A DNA stretch of 64,000 nucleotides from Polyangiaceae bacterium (GCA_044376115.1 JBILLK010000005.1:256001-320000); one strand, 5' to 3'; positions 7,705 to 17,251 are shown, numbered from the stretch's first letter. Notes: generated by a model not told the origin, from the sequence alone. A program made the numbers and translations.

Positions 7705-10283
7705 TCTTGCTTGATCGCGCGGTTGGCATCGATCTCGGCACAACCCACTCAGAGATTGCGCTGCTCGCGCCATCGGAGCGTGAGGTCGTGCTCTACCAAG
7801 ACCGCTTTGGCCGCAGCACCATCCCATCGGCTGTTGGGTGGGACGCGAGCAAGGGAGAGTTTACGGTGGGGCGCGCGGCCAAGGCGGCACGCGCGGTCGA
7901 GAATGCGGCTGTGCTCTCGGTCAAGCGCAGCATGGGCCAAACCACCAAGTTCCAGCTCGGTCCCCACCAACTTTCAGCCGAAGAGATCTCCTCTAAGATC
8001 CTGGCCGAGCTCGTGCGTTCGATGCGCGACTTCCTAAAGGAGAAGGCCGCCGACGGCTTTGGTTTCGAGATCAATCGCGCGGTGATCACCGTGCCGGCCT
8101 ACTTCGACGCTCTACAAACGGAGGCCACACGCCGCGCGGGAGAAGCGATCGGGCTCAAGGTGCTTGGTATTCTGCAGGAGCCAACGGCTGCTGCGATTTA
8201 TCACACGTTCCACTCCCGCCTGCCTTCCGGGAATTTTCTCGTTTACGACCTCGGCGGTGGCACCTTCGATGTGTCGGTGCTCAAGTGCGTCGCTGGCGAG
8301 TATCAAGTGCTCGCGATCGATGGTGACAACTTCTTGGGCGGGGATGACTTCGATCGCCGCTTGGCCGAGCTGCTGCGCAAGAAGCTCAGCGAGCGCGGCT
8401 ACAAGCTGGACCTCGATCTGCGCAATAGCACTGCAGATCGGCTTCGTTTCGAAGCCTTGCGGGCCTTGGCCGAGGAGACCAAGCACAGCCTCTCGACCAA
8501 TGAGGTGGTGTCGCTCTCTCGGCAAAACGTGTTTGTCGACCAGAATGGCGAGGACGTCTCGATTGAACTCGAGCTTGGGCGAGCGGAGTATGCCGAGCTG
8601 ATCCGCGACCTCTCGTTGCGCACGATCGAATGTGCAGAACGAGCCCTCGCCGAGAGCTCGGCGAAAGCGGGGGTCGGCCTCGCGGAGATCGATCGGGTGG
8701 TGCTTGTCGGCGGCTCCACGCGAGTTCCGGCGATCTCCGAGTTGGTGCAAGAGCGGCTGGCGGCGCATTGTCGCTCGCCGGAGATCCTGCGCGAGAGCGT
8801 GGACACCGTGGTGGCCCTGGGAGCGGCCGTTCATGCGGCTGAATTGGGTGGCCTCATCATCCGCAATGACGCTGGATCAGCCGCACATTTCAGTAGCCGG
8901 TTTGTCACGGACGCCGCCAAGCTGCGGCTCGCGCTTGCAGCGCTGGAGCCGGAACAGGCGGTGGCTTTCGAGATTCATCGCGACGGCAAGGTGCTCGCGG
9001 AGAGCGTGCTTTCGGACAAGCGCACCGCGCGCGTCGATGTCGAGCTTCCGGAAGATGGAGAGTACCGTCTCTCGCTTTTGCCACGCGATGCGGAGGGCGT
9101 TCTCTTTCCGGAGGTCCCCTTCGTGATCTACCGCGGCACCGCGCGACCGCGCCCCACAGCGTTGAGTCGCCCCAGCGTGACGTCGAAGGACCTTTCGGTC
9201 GAGGTCCTGCGCTCAGGTCGCCGTGACCGCAAGGTCCTTATCGAGCGTGGAACCGGTCTTCCGACCGAGACGACGCAAGAATTTTCCACGGCGGATCAAA
9301 GCGGTGCGGTGGTGTTGCGGATTCTGGAGGGCCGGGTACCGATCAAGACGTTGGCCTTGCCAGTGCCCCGCGATACCCCGATTGGAACGCGCGTCGAGCT
9401 CGTGTTGCGCTGCGATGGGTCGATGCGGGTCGAGGCCCAAGCAACCGTCCTCGGTCAGAAGCTCTGGGCGAGTGTGGAGCCCGTCGAGAACCCGGCGCTG
9501 AACGACCAAGAGATCGAGCAACTGCTCGCCGATGCCGAGCAGTTGAGCCGTGGTTCCTGGGGAAATACGGGTGAAGCGATTCGACGGGAGGTGGAGCACC
9601 TTTCCTCGAGCGTGCGCGAGACCATCGGCACCGATCCAGCGAAACTCAGCGCGCATGCGACGCGTCTTCGTCGCTTGGTGGCGGATATGAGCGAAAACAC
9701 AGCAGAGGGCTTGGGGCCATCGCTGGCGGCGTTTGATGCTGAGCTGCACGCGCTCAAGCGTCTGGTCTATCGAACGAATGGGACCTTGGTCGGTATGGAC
9801 CGCGACGCGTGGGACAAGCGCCTCGCCGCGCTGGAGAGTCGCGCTGAGCGCGCCCGGGTCGAGGTCGACGCCGTGGCGTTTCGGCGTGTTTACAACGAGG
9901 TGCAAGCCCTGCTGGAGACGGCGCAGCAAGAAGAGTTCGCTGCTCGTCGGCTCGACGATCCAGCGGCTCTGATGAGCCGAGCTTCAGGGGTGGAGCGTTG
10001 GATCCACCGTATCGATCGCTTACTCAACGAGCTGGAACTTTCGCGGACGCCAGAGTTATTGGAGCTCCAGCGCAATGAGCGAAACAGGCTGTTAGGCCTG
10101 TTGTCTGAGTGTCGAGTGGAGCCAATCAAGGACTTGCTCGCGCAGGATGCGCCCAACCATCACGCAATTCGACGTCAACTCGAGGCGCTCGAGTTTGAAC
10201 TCGAACGGCTTGATGAGGCAGCTCTGCGCGTGCCTTCGCTGGGCCTCGTCTCTGACCGTGGGCCGCAGCGCGGTGGCTCGTGA
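7701..10283 (+). CDS. Atypical Hsp70-family protein (860 aa)
   Basis: GIDLGTTHS, VITVPAYF, EPTAAA, YDLGGGTFDVS, GDNFLGGDDFD, LVGGSTRVP, VALGAA. SBD-like LIERGTGLPTETTQEFSTAD follows an insertion, then a long helical C-terminus. Confidence 0.93.
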   Translation: MILLDRAVGIDLGTTHSEIALLAPSEREVVLYQDRFGRSTIPSAVGWDASKGEFTVGRAAKAARAVENAAVLSVKRSMGQTTKFQLGPHQLSAEEISSKILAELVRSMRDFLKEKAADGFGFEINRAVITVPAYFDALQTEATRRAGEAIGLKVLGILQEPTAAAIYHTFHSRLPSGNFLVYDLGGGTFDVSVLKCVAGEYQVLAIDGDNFLGGDDFDRRLAELLRKKLSERGYKLDLDLRNSTADRLRFEALRALAEETKHSLSTNEVVSLSRQNVFVDQNGEDVSIELELGRAEYAELIRDLSLRTIECAERALAESSAKAGVGLAEIDRVVLVGGSTRVPAISELVQERLAAHCRSPEILRESVDTVVALGAAVHAAELGGLIIRNDAGSAAHFSSRFVTDAAKLRLALAALEPEQAVAFEIHRDGKVLAESVLSDKRTARVDVELPEDGEYRLSLLPRDAEGVLFPEVPFVIYRGTARPRPTALSRPSVTSKDLSVEVLRSGRRDRKVLIERGTGLPTETTQEFSTADQSGAVVLRILEGRVPIKTLALPVPRDTPIGTRVELVLRCDGSMRVEAQATVLGQKLWASVEPVENPALNDQEIEQLLADAEQLSRGSWGNTGEAIRREVEHLSSSVRETIGTDPAKLSAHATRLRRLVADMSENTAEGLGPSLAAFDAELHALKRLVYRTNGTLVGMDRDAWDKRLAALESRAERARVEVDAVAFRRVYNEVQALLETAQQEEFAARRLDDPAALMSRASGVERWIHRIDRLLNELELSRTPELLELQRNERNRLLGLLSECRVEPIKDLLAQDAPNHHAIRRQLEALEFELERLDEAALRVPSLGLVSDRGPQRGGS

Positions 10284-11605
10284 CCTTTTTGGACGATCTG
10301 GGGCTTCGTGCTGCCGCTGGGCTCGAGACTTCGGTTGGGCCCTTCATCGCATTGGCCGCCTACCGCCGACTGTTCGCGGGTGAGGGAGCAACGCGCGAGG
10401 CGGCGATCCTTGGCGCTCTGCGTTGTGCGATCAGTCTCGCGGATGATGAGGCGATCAAAGCCTGCGCTGAGGCTTGGCGCAGTCAACCTGCGTCGCCGAT
10501 CAATGTTTTGGGAGAGGCTGGTGCGCTGCTCCGTGCGGGTCGCGGCCATGCGGCGCACTGGCTCGCGAGCGCAGAGGTGGCTCGTTCACGTTCCGCGCAC
10601 GCGGCCTACATCGACGCGCGTAGTCGTGAGGCGTTTTCGTTGGGGTCGGACGTCCCCGACTCCTTCGACGTGATTGATTTGTGGTGGTCTGTGGTGTTGC
10701 AAGGGCGAGCAAGTTCGGATGAACGAGTAGCCGCCTTTGCCGCGGCGCGCTTCGCAGGCTTGGCGTTCGCTCGAGCCGCGCGGGAGCCGAGCTATCAACT
10801 ACCGCGCGCGCGTTTGGCCTTGGCTTGCGAGAATGCTCGCGATGAGCTGCTCGAAACGCGTGAGGCGCGGCTCGCTCTGTTGCGGGGGAAGCTGTTGGCC
10901 GCAGGCCGGTTTTCGAGAGCTTCTGCCCTTAGTTCGTTGGAGAGTCTTGCTCGGTTACGCGGCAGCTCGATAGCGAAGCGAGCCGTGGTCATCGCGCTGG
11001 GGCACTTGGACAATCTCCCCGGTCGGATTTCGCCGGTTGAGCACGATCGTATCGTGGCTTGCGTGAAGCAGATCGAAGATGTCGAGTTGCGCGATCGGAT
11101 GGTCGCCCGTACGAAGGCGGTCGAGGCTGACAGCGGCCTCCCCGGCTCACTATCCGGCAGCCAGCTGTTCGAACTAGGGCGGCGCGCGGAAGGCTGCGGC
11201 GACGACCTAGCGCTCGCGAGGTCGCTGCTTGCGCAGGGAGTCGAGTTGCTCTCCCCGCAGGTGCCCGTCCCCGTGGCGCTTTCTACGCTGGCGGTGCTCA
11301 CCTTGCACAAGCTAAGCGGTTCAGCGGCTGAACCTGCTGTTGCGTTCCTAGACGGCTTGCTTTGTCGGACGACCGCCTTGCCGGCATTTGAGCTGAGCGC
11401 GATAGGGCTTCGCCTGCTCGAGCTTGGTAGGGCCGCGGTGGCCGATCGCTACCTCGAGGAGGCGGTCCGCTTCCGCGAGGAGCAGGCTTTGCTATTGCGA
11501 GGCCAGGCCTTGCGGGAGCGAGGGTACGATGCGCTTCGTGCGGGCCATCAGGAGGATGGCTGGCGTCTGCTTTCGGAGGCGCGCGTCCTGTTGCGCGGGA
11601 GCTGA
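10280..11605 (+). CDS. Ala/Arg/Leu-rich all-helical (TPR-like) hypothetical protein (Hsp70-operon gene 4)
   Basis: 441-aa ORF with GTGA overlap with the Hsp70 stop. Helical-repeat patterns such as IGLRLLELGRAAVADRYLEEAV and RGYDALRAGHQEDGWRLLSEA. Confidence 0.65.
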   Translation: MTFLDDLGLRAAAGLETSVGPFIALAAYRRLFAGEGATREAAILGALRCAISLADDEAIKACAEAWRSQPASPINVLGEAGALLRAGRGHAAHWLASAEVARSRSAHAAYIDARSREAFSLGSDVPDSFDVIDLWWSVVLQGRASSDERVAAFAAARFAGLAFARAAREPSYQLPRARLALACENARDELLETREARLALLRGKLLAAGRFSRASALSSLESLARLRGSSIAKRAVVIALGHLDNLPGRISPVEHDRIVACVKQIEDVELRDRMVARTKAVEADSGLPGSLSGSQLFELGRRAEGCGDDLALARSLLAQGVELLSPQVPVPVALSTLAVLTLHKLSGSAAEPAVAFLDGLLCRTTALPAFELSAIGLRLLELGRAAVADRYLEEAVRFREEQALLLRGQALRERGYDALRAGHQEDGWRLLSEARVLLRGS

Positions 11606-11626
11606 CCAGGCTATGCTGGGCGCGAA

Positions 11627-12445
11627 ATGGCTGTAGCCCGCGACAACGTGACCTTTGCGATCATCTCCAACGCCCCGGCAGCGTCTGCTCTTTTGGAGGT
11701 GGTCTGTGACGAGATCAAAAAGAGAACCAAGCTCGAACTCAGCCCTTTGGTGCTGCGGTCGTACGAGAAGCTTCTCAGCGGAATGCAGGAAGGGGATGTG
11801 GATGTCGCGTGGGCGCCTCCCTTGGTTGCCATCGATCTGGAGCGAGCCAAAGTTGGGTCGATTGCCCTTTCGGCTCGGCGGCTTGGGAAGACCGACTACT
11901 CGTCGGCCATCTTTACTCGCAGCGACTCGAAGCTCGCGACGCTCAAAGACCTAGCCGGTAAGAAGGCCGCGTGGGTCGCGAGAGAGAGTTCTGCCGGGTA
12001 CGTCGTTCCGCGGCTCAAGCTGCTTGCTGCAGGTGTGAATCCGGAGACCGATCTCAACGAGCAGTCCTTCCGACGCACACACGAAGCCGTTGTGAAGGTC
12101 GTGCTCAGTGGAGAGGCCGATTTTGGCGCCACCTTCGCCCATTTTGAACCAGGTAAGACCGCGCCCACGTCGTCGGGCTGGCAAGACAGTGGCGTGGCAA
12201 ACTCCGAGATCCGAATCCTTGCAGTGGCAGGCCCGATCCCTTCGGATGTGATCGCCTACTCTTCGAAGCTTGCTTCCGACCGGGCAGAGAAGGTTACGGC
12301 TGCAATGCGTGAGATGGGCGAGCCGATTCGGCAGTTGCTCAACGCAGAGGGGTTTGATCTGCCAGACGGTGTTCACTTCGAGCAGTTGCGCCAGTTGGTC
12401 GAGCATGCCGCGGCGGCCGCAAAGGCCGACGGAGCATCCGCGTAG
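11627..12445 (+). CDS. PhnD-like phosphate/phosphite/phosphonate substrate-binding-fold protein
   Basis: SYEKLLSGMQEGDVDVAWAPP, YSSAIFTR, LKDLAGKKAAW..ESSAGYVVP, HEAVVKVVLSGEADFGA, GPIPSD. No evident signal peptide. Confidence 0.85.
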   Translation: MAVARDNVTFAIISNAPAASALLEVVCDEIKKRTKLELSPLVLRSYEKLLSGMQEGDVDVAWAPPLVAIDLERAKVGSIALSARRLGKTDYSSAIFTRSDSKLATLKDLAGKKAAWVARESSAGYVVPRLKLLAAGVNPETDLNEQSFRRTHEAVVKVVLSGEADFGATFAHFEPGKTAPTSSGWQDSGVANSEIRILAVAGPIPSDVIAYSSKLASDRAEKVTAAMREMGEPIRQLLNAEGFDLPDGVHFEQLRQLVEHAAAAAKADGASA

Positions 12446-12495
12446 TGGCGCCTAGAGCCGTGGTCGCGCGAGCAGCCGAAGAACGTTGCGGGCCG

Positions 12496-13674
12496 ATGCT
12501 CGGGCGACGCGCGAGTGGTGCCGCGTTCCTCCTCGTTGCCTCGGTGTTGTCTGCGGCTGGGTGCGAGACCAAGCCAGCCCATCCGCAGCCGACCTCGACG
12601 GAAGCACCAGCTTCGTCGGCGATCGCGAGCGCAGCGGCTCCTACTGCTTCCGCTTTCGTGCCAACCCCTTCGGCCGTGGCGAGCACCAGCGTCAAGCTAC
12701 CGGACCCGCGCTGGGATGCGCCGCCGCGCGCCATCGACATGCACGTCGATACGCCCTGGCAGGTCCGCTACAAGGGCCGGGACATCGCTCTCAAGGAGGG
12801 CCAGGGGGCGATCTCGGCTGTCGTGAACGGCGGCTACGGTGGCATCGTTTACCCGATCTACATTTCGGACAAACTGCACGGCGGCCACCCGACGATTCGC
12901 GACGCCGACCTGATTCTGAAGACCGTCGACGCCATTTTGAAGCGACACGAAAAGGTGTTGTGGCCGGACACCAGTGGGCCGACGCCAGAGGGGAAGATTA
13001 CGGCTTTCATCGCGATCGAGGGCGCTGGCGCATTTGCCGAGGACGTTCCGCAGATTGACCGCTTCATCTCGCGGGGAACCGTTTTTATCGGCCCCGTTCA
13101 CTGGCGCGACAACAAGTTCGCCACGAGTGCCACCGACAAAGGCAAGGCGACCAAAGGGCTCTCCGAGCTGGGTAAGAGCTTCTGTGAGCGGGTCTACGAG
13201 AAGGGCGCCTTGGTCGACGTGTCTCATATGTCGGATAAGTCGTTCGCCGACACGGTCCCGATTGCGGCCAAGTTCGACGCGCCGATCGTGGCGACGCACT
13301 CGAATGCGAGAGAGAAGGCGAATCACCCTCGAAATTTGACCGACGAGCAGCTCAAGATCATCGCTTCGACTGGTGGTGTCGTGGGCTTGAACTTCTACGA
13401 TGACTACGTACGAATCGATGCTGAGGCTCATCTCGACGATCTCGTCCAGCATGCGTTGCATATGATCGAGGTCGCTGGCGTCGATCACGTGGGTATCGGC
13501 AGCGACTTCGACGGAGGCGATCCAGTGCCGGAGCTGGCCGATGCCGGGAGGGTTCAGGCGCTTGCGGCTGCGCTGCGCAAAGCGGGCCTGTCGAATGAGG
13601 ACGTTCACAAGATCTTCAGTGAGAACGTGCGCCGGGTGATCGGTTGGACGAAAGCGCGACGCAGCGCGAAGTAG
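12496..13674 (+). CDS. Membrane dipeptidase (peptidase M19), probable lipoprotein
   Basis: DMHVDT, IEGAG, VDVSHMS, ATHSNAR, HPRNLTDEQL, GIGSDFDG; lipobox-like AAGC. Start may be 12445 or 12496. Confidence 0.9.
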   Translation: MLGRRASGAAFLLVASVLSAAGCETKPAHPQPTSTEAPASSAIASAAAPTASAFVPTPSAVASTSVKLPDPRWDAPPRAIDMHVDTPWQVRYKGRDIALKEGQGAISAVVNGGYGGIVYPIYISDKLHGGHPTIRDADLILKTVDAILKRHEKVLWPDTSGPTPEGKITAFIAIEGAGAFAEDVPQIDRFISRGTVFIGPVHWRDNKFATSATDKGKATKGLSELGKSFCERVYEKGALVDVSHMSDKSFADTVPIAAKFDAPIVATHSNAREKANHPRNLTDEQLKIIASTGGVVGLNFYDDYVRIDAEAHLDDLVQHALHMIEVAGVDHVGIGSDFDGGDPVPELADAGRVQALAAALRKAGLSNEDVHKIFSENVRRVIGWTKARRSAK

Positions 13675-13686
13675 CCTTCTCGTGTT

Positions 13687-16608
13687 ATGACGGGTGGCGT
13701 GGAGCAAGGGGCTTGGCCAATAGCGATTAACGCGACGCAAGACGTCGCGTGCGGGGTGCGTCTTTGGTCGACGGCAGGTCGGCGTCGCGCAACCGTTGTC
13801 GTCAAAGCGACCTTCTTTTTGGTGCGGGGAGGGCCGATGCGGCTCGTGAACCCGGCGCCCATTCTGCTTGGCGATCAGCATCACGAGAACAACAGCGAGC
13901 GGAGTGTGGCTGCTCCCTCGGATATGGCGCCGTATCTTCCCCGTGGAGAGGTCGTGCTCACCGGGCACGCGCACGCTCCGACGCCGAGTCCGATGGTCCA
14001 GGTGCGGCTCGCGGTCATGGGCAATCGACCGCTCGTAGACAAGACGCTGCAGGTGTTTGGCGAGCGGATGTGGACGGAGGGTGATCAGCTGACAGCGCCA
14101 GTCCCGTTCACGCGGCTGCCGCTGCGCTATGAACGTGGAGCAACGGGCCCTGTTGGATACGAGGAAAATCCGGTGGGGATGGTCAAGGGAGTAGGGCTGC
14201 CGGCGCACAACATCGTTGACCCTCAGGACCAAGACGCTTGCGCTGGGTTCGGCGCTATTTCAGGTCGCTGGCAGACGCGGAAACGGCTGTTGCGCAACCT
14301 CGACGCGGCGGTGCTCGATCAGTCTGAGCCGGCCCTTCCCGACACCTTCGCGTGGAGCTACTTCCATGTTGCGCCGCCCGATCAGCGCTGCCCCTTCTTC
14401 GAAGGCACCGAGTGGCTCGTACTCGAAGGCTTGCACCCTGAGTTTCAGCGCTTCGAGTCGCAGCTGCCCAGCGCCTTGGGACAAGCGCGGGTCTATTCGA
14501 CTTCCCACTCCGAGTTCGAGACCGTGCCGATGTTCGCCGACACGCTTTGGGTCGACAGCGATCGCTCGCTCTGTTGCGTATCGTGGCGGGGCAACTTCGA
14601 GGTTCAGCAGGACGTTTCTCCGCTGCAGATCTTCGCCGGCCTCGAGATGCCTGGGCGGCCTGTCCCTTGGCCCATGCCTTCGTTGCCACCGCCGGCTCCA
14701 GCCGCGGTTCCCGCCGCGATGTCGCTGGTTGAGCCGACGTATGCGGGCCAAGCCTTACCCGCGCCGTCCTTGCCCAATACGCAAGCTGCGCCTGAGCCCA
14801 CGGAGCGAGCTGGCAAGGCCGCTTCGGTCGAAGTCGATCCGAAAGCCGAACTGAAGCGCACTCTCGCTTCTCCGGGGACCGCGACGTCGGCGATGATTGA
14901 GACGGTCGTCCGCGGGCGGGCGCCTGCGCGCACCGCCCCGCCCGAGGTGACCTCGCCCCGTGCCGCTGTGCAGCCCCGGCTCGAGCCAGCACCCGGTCCA
15001 GAGAGCGTAACCTCCATCAAAGTAGACCCAGCGTGGCTCGATGAAGCCGAGCGCCGTGCGTTAGCCGGAGACGCTGCGACCGATTCCGAGCGCCTCAACT
15101 CCACGATGACGCAGGCTCCGAGTGAGCTGCAGTCGTTGCTCGCGAAGGCAGCACCGTCGGCCCCAGCGCCGCTTCGCCGTGGTCCCTTTGAAGACTCCCC
15201 AACCGTCGCGCCCGACATCGACCAACTCGCACAGATCATCCGCACAGCCGAAGCGTCATCGGCGCAGACGGTTGAGCCAGCTCGCACTCCGCCGCCAAAA
15301 GCGGAGCCGGTGGGTACCAGGCCCGAACCGGTCGCCGTTCGCGCGCTTCGTACGACCATTCGTGGCTTGGGGGTGGGAGCTCGGGATTCAGCGCCACCGA
15401 GTGAGGAGGAGCCGCCTCCGACCAACGCCGGCAACGTGGCGCACGACCTGCTGTCCGGTGGGGACGGTCCAACGCGGCAATTGGCTGTTCCCGATGCATT
15501 GCTCAGGATGTCGGCGGGGGCGTCGGGCTTGAGCGCTGAACCGACTGTGGTTGCGACGAATGCAGCACAGCTTGCCGCGACGATGGCTCCGGCAACGTCG
15601 CCCAACCCCGAGCCCTCCTGGGCTGCTCCGGAGTCGGTCGCCGCGGTCGTGGCTCCGTCGCAACACGGCTCGGTGCTGATCGCCCAACCCATGGATGACT
15701 TCGACGAAGACGAGACGGGGCGCCCGACGATGACGGGAATGGAAGCGCCTCCGATCTCGGCCCAAAGTCCATTGCCGCAGGTCCACCGTGGGGAGACCAA
15801 GATGGAAGTCGAGCGGCGGATGCGTGAGGGCGAGCCGCTCGAGGGGCTCGACCTGTCGAACTTGGACCTCGCTGGCTTCGACTTCTCCGGTAAGGTCCTT
15901 TCGCGTTGCAAGTTCGATCGGGCGAGCTTGGTGCGCTGTCGTTTTATCGGCACGAACCTCGCGGGAGCCTCGTTTCGTGGCGCCGATCTCACGAACGCGA
16001 CGCTTGAATCAGCCAACCTGGAGCGCGCGAGTTTTGCCGCCTCTAAGCTTGATGGCGCTTCATTGCGTGGTGCGTTTCTTTCGGATGCGAGCTTTTCCGG
16101 CGCCGAGGGGAAGCGGCCCATCTTCGACGCCTCGTCTGGGCAGCGGATCACGTTTGCGCGCTGTGAGTTGCTCGACGCTCAGTTTCTTGGCGTTCAATAC
16201 GATGCCGCAGACTTCACCGAAGCTTCGTTGGATGGCGCCAATCTCGAGGGGAGCCTGTTGCCGGATTTGAAGGCAAGCGAGCTTTCCGCCCGCGGCGCCG
16301 TGTTTAGCCGTTCAACGTTGCAGAACGCGCAGTTCACGCAGGCGCGCCTGCCCGCGGCGCTTTTTGATTTGGTCATTGCGGAAGAGTCGAACTGGGAGTC
16401 TGCGTCGGTCGAAGGTGGTTCGCTAGCGGGAGCCCGACTTGCGGGCGCTAGCTTTGCGTCAGCCACGCTGCGCGGCGTCGATCTGCGAGGTGCCTTGATC
16501 GCCGAAGCACGCTTTCCCAACGCCGACCTATCGAACGCCAACATCGCTGGGCTCGACCCTACCGGTTTGGGGCTCGACGGAGCCAATCTCACTGGCGCTT
16601 TGCGATGA
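13687..16608 (+). CDS. DUF2169-domain protein with Pro/Ala-rich linker and C-terminal pentapeptide repeats
   Basis: N-terminal ATVVVKATF, SDMAPYLPRGEVVLTGHA, DKTLQVFGER, ENPVG, YFHVAPPDQ, DTLWVDSDR..CVSWRG (DUF2169). C-terminal A(D/N/S)(L/F)xx pentapeptide repeats. Confidence 0.88.
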   Translation: MTGGVEQGAWPIAINATQDVACGVRLWSTAGRRRATVVVKATFFLVRGGPMRLVNPAPILLGDQHHENNSERSVAAPSDMAPYLPRGEVVLTGHAHAPTPSPMVQVRLAVMGNRPLVDKTLQVFGERMWTEGDQLTAPVPFTRLPLRYERGATGPVGYEENPVGMVKGVGLPAHNIVDPQDQDACAGFGAISGRWQTRKRLLRNLDAAVLDQSEPALPDTFAWSYFHVAPPDQRCPFFEGTEWLVLEGLHPEFQRFESQLPSALGQARVYSTSHSEFETVPMFADTLWVDSDRSLCCVSWRGNFEVQQDVSPLQIFAGLEMPGRPVPWPMPSLPPPAPAAVPAAMSLVEPTYAGQALPAPSLPNTQAAPEPTERAGKAASVEVDPKAELKRTLASPGTATSAMIETVVRGRAPARTAPPEVTSPRAAVQPRLEPAPGPESVTSIKVDPAWLDEAERRALAGDAATDSERLNSTMTQAPSELQSLLAKAAPSAPAPLRRGPFEDSPTVAPDIDQLAQIIRTAEASSAQTVEPARTPPPKAEPVGTRPEPVAVRALRTTIRGLGVGARDSAPPSEEEPPPTNAGNVAHDLLSGGDGPTRQLAVPDALLRMSAGASGLSAEPTVVATNAAQLAATMAPATSPNPEPSWAAPESVAAVVAPSQHGSVLIAQPMDDFDEDETGRPTMTGMEAPPISAQSPLPQVHRGETKMEVERRMREGEPLEGLDLSNLDLAGFDFSGKVLSRCKFDRASLVRCRFIGTNLAGASFRGADLTNATLESANLERASFAASKLDGASLRGAFLSDASFSGAEGKRPIFDASSGQRITFARCELLDAQFLGVQYDAADFTEASLDGANLEGSLLPDLKASELSARGAVFSRSTLQNAQFTQARLPAALFDLVIAEESNWESASVEGGSLAGARLAGASFASATLRGVDLRGALIAEARFPNADLSNANIAGLDPTGLGLDGANLTGALR

Positions 16609-16630
16609 GCAGGTAGTGAAGGCATGACCC

Positions 16631-17185
16631 GTGGCGTCGCTGACCGCTGAACCACGCTATCGGGAGACGATGGCAGCTGGTCGAAGGCTGCTGTCGAGCG
16701 GTGAGTCGTCGGTGGTGATGTCGCAACTGTTGCTCGCGTCCTTCTCCGAAGGCCCAGTGATCGAGCTGGCGGTGCGGCGGGTGGTAGCCGCCGCTTTGTT
16801 GCTCTCTGGCATCATTGGCACGTTGATCCTGGTCGGGGCCGTGCCCCCATTGATCGGAGCGATCACGGCCTCCTGGCTCATAGGCTCCGGTCTTTCTGTG
16901 CTCTACGTGCGTCGGCGGCGCGGTCAGCTTGGCAGCTTGCTGATGGACTTTGACGCCAGTACCGTCCGCTTCGAGACCTTGCGAGGTAACTCTGAACAGC
17001 ACGCCTTGAGCGCGGTCTCGATCGAAACGACGCGGTCTGCCGACGCGGCGGCGCCGGTTTGGGTGCTGCTCGTCACTCCCTCCGGCTTCTTTCGAATCGG
17101 GCGCGGTACCGAATCCGACGCTGAACGTCTTCTCGGTATCTTTCGCGGATACCACGTGCCGGTTAAGCGACGCGACGTAAGCTAG
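16631..17185 (+). CDS. Hypothetical membrane protein (2 TM + small soluble domain)
   Basis: 184-aa ORF with two hydrophobic helices; fills the gap between co-directional genes. Start uncertain. Confidence 0.6.
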   Translation: MASLTAEPRYRETMAAGRRLLSSGESSVVMSQLLLASFSEGPVIELAVRRVVAAALLLSGIIGTLILVGAVPPLIGAITASWLIGSGLSVLYVRRRRGQLGSLLMDFDASTVRFETLRGNSEQHALSAVSIETTRSADAAAPVWVLLVTPSGFFRIGRGTESDAERLLGIFRGYHVPVKRRDVS

Positions 17186-17251
17186 TCCGCTTGGCCGATC
17201 GGTCGCGATCCGAAGCGAACTCGCTGCGAGATCGTTTAGGCTTCCCGAAGA

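Noticed and set aside
7701..10283. Housekeeping dnaK
   Set aside because: Too long, has an insertion before the SBD and a divergent SBD, and has no grpE/dnaJ/hrcA context. Gene symbol withheld.
12697..16151. Long antisense ORFs (12697-14232 and 14604-16151, minus strand)
   Set aside because: Shadow ORFs opposite well-supported genes; expected in high-GC DNA and without recognisable motifs.
13687..16608. Type VI secretion gene cluster
   Set aside because: Only a DUF2169 domain is present; no vgrG, hcp, PAAR or tss genes in the window.
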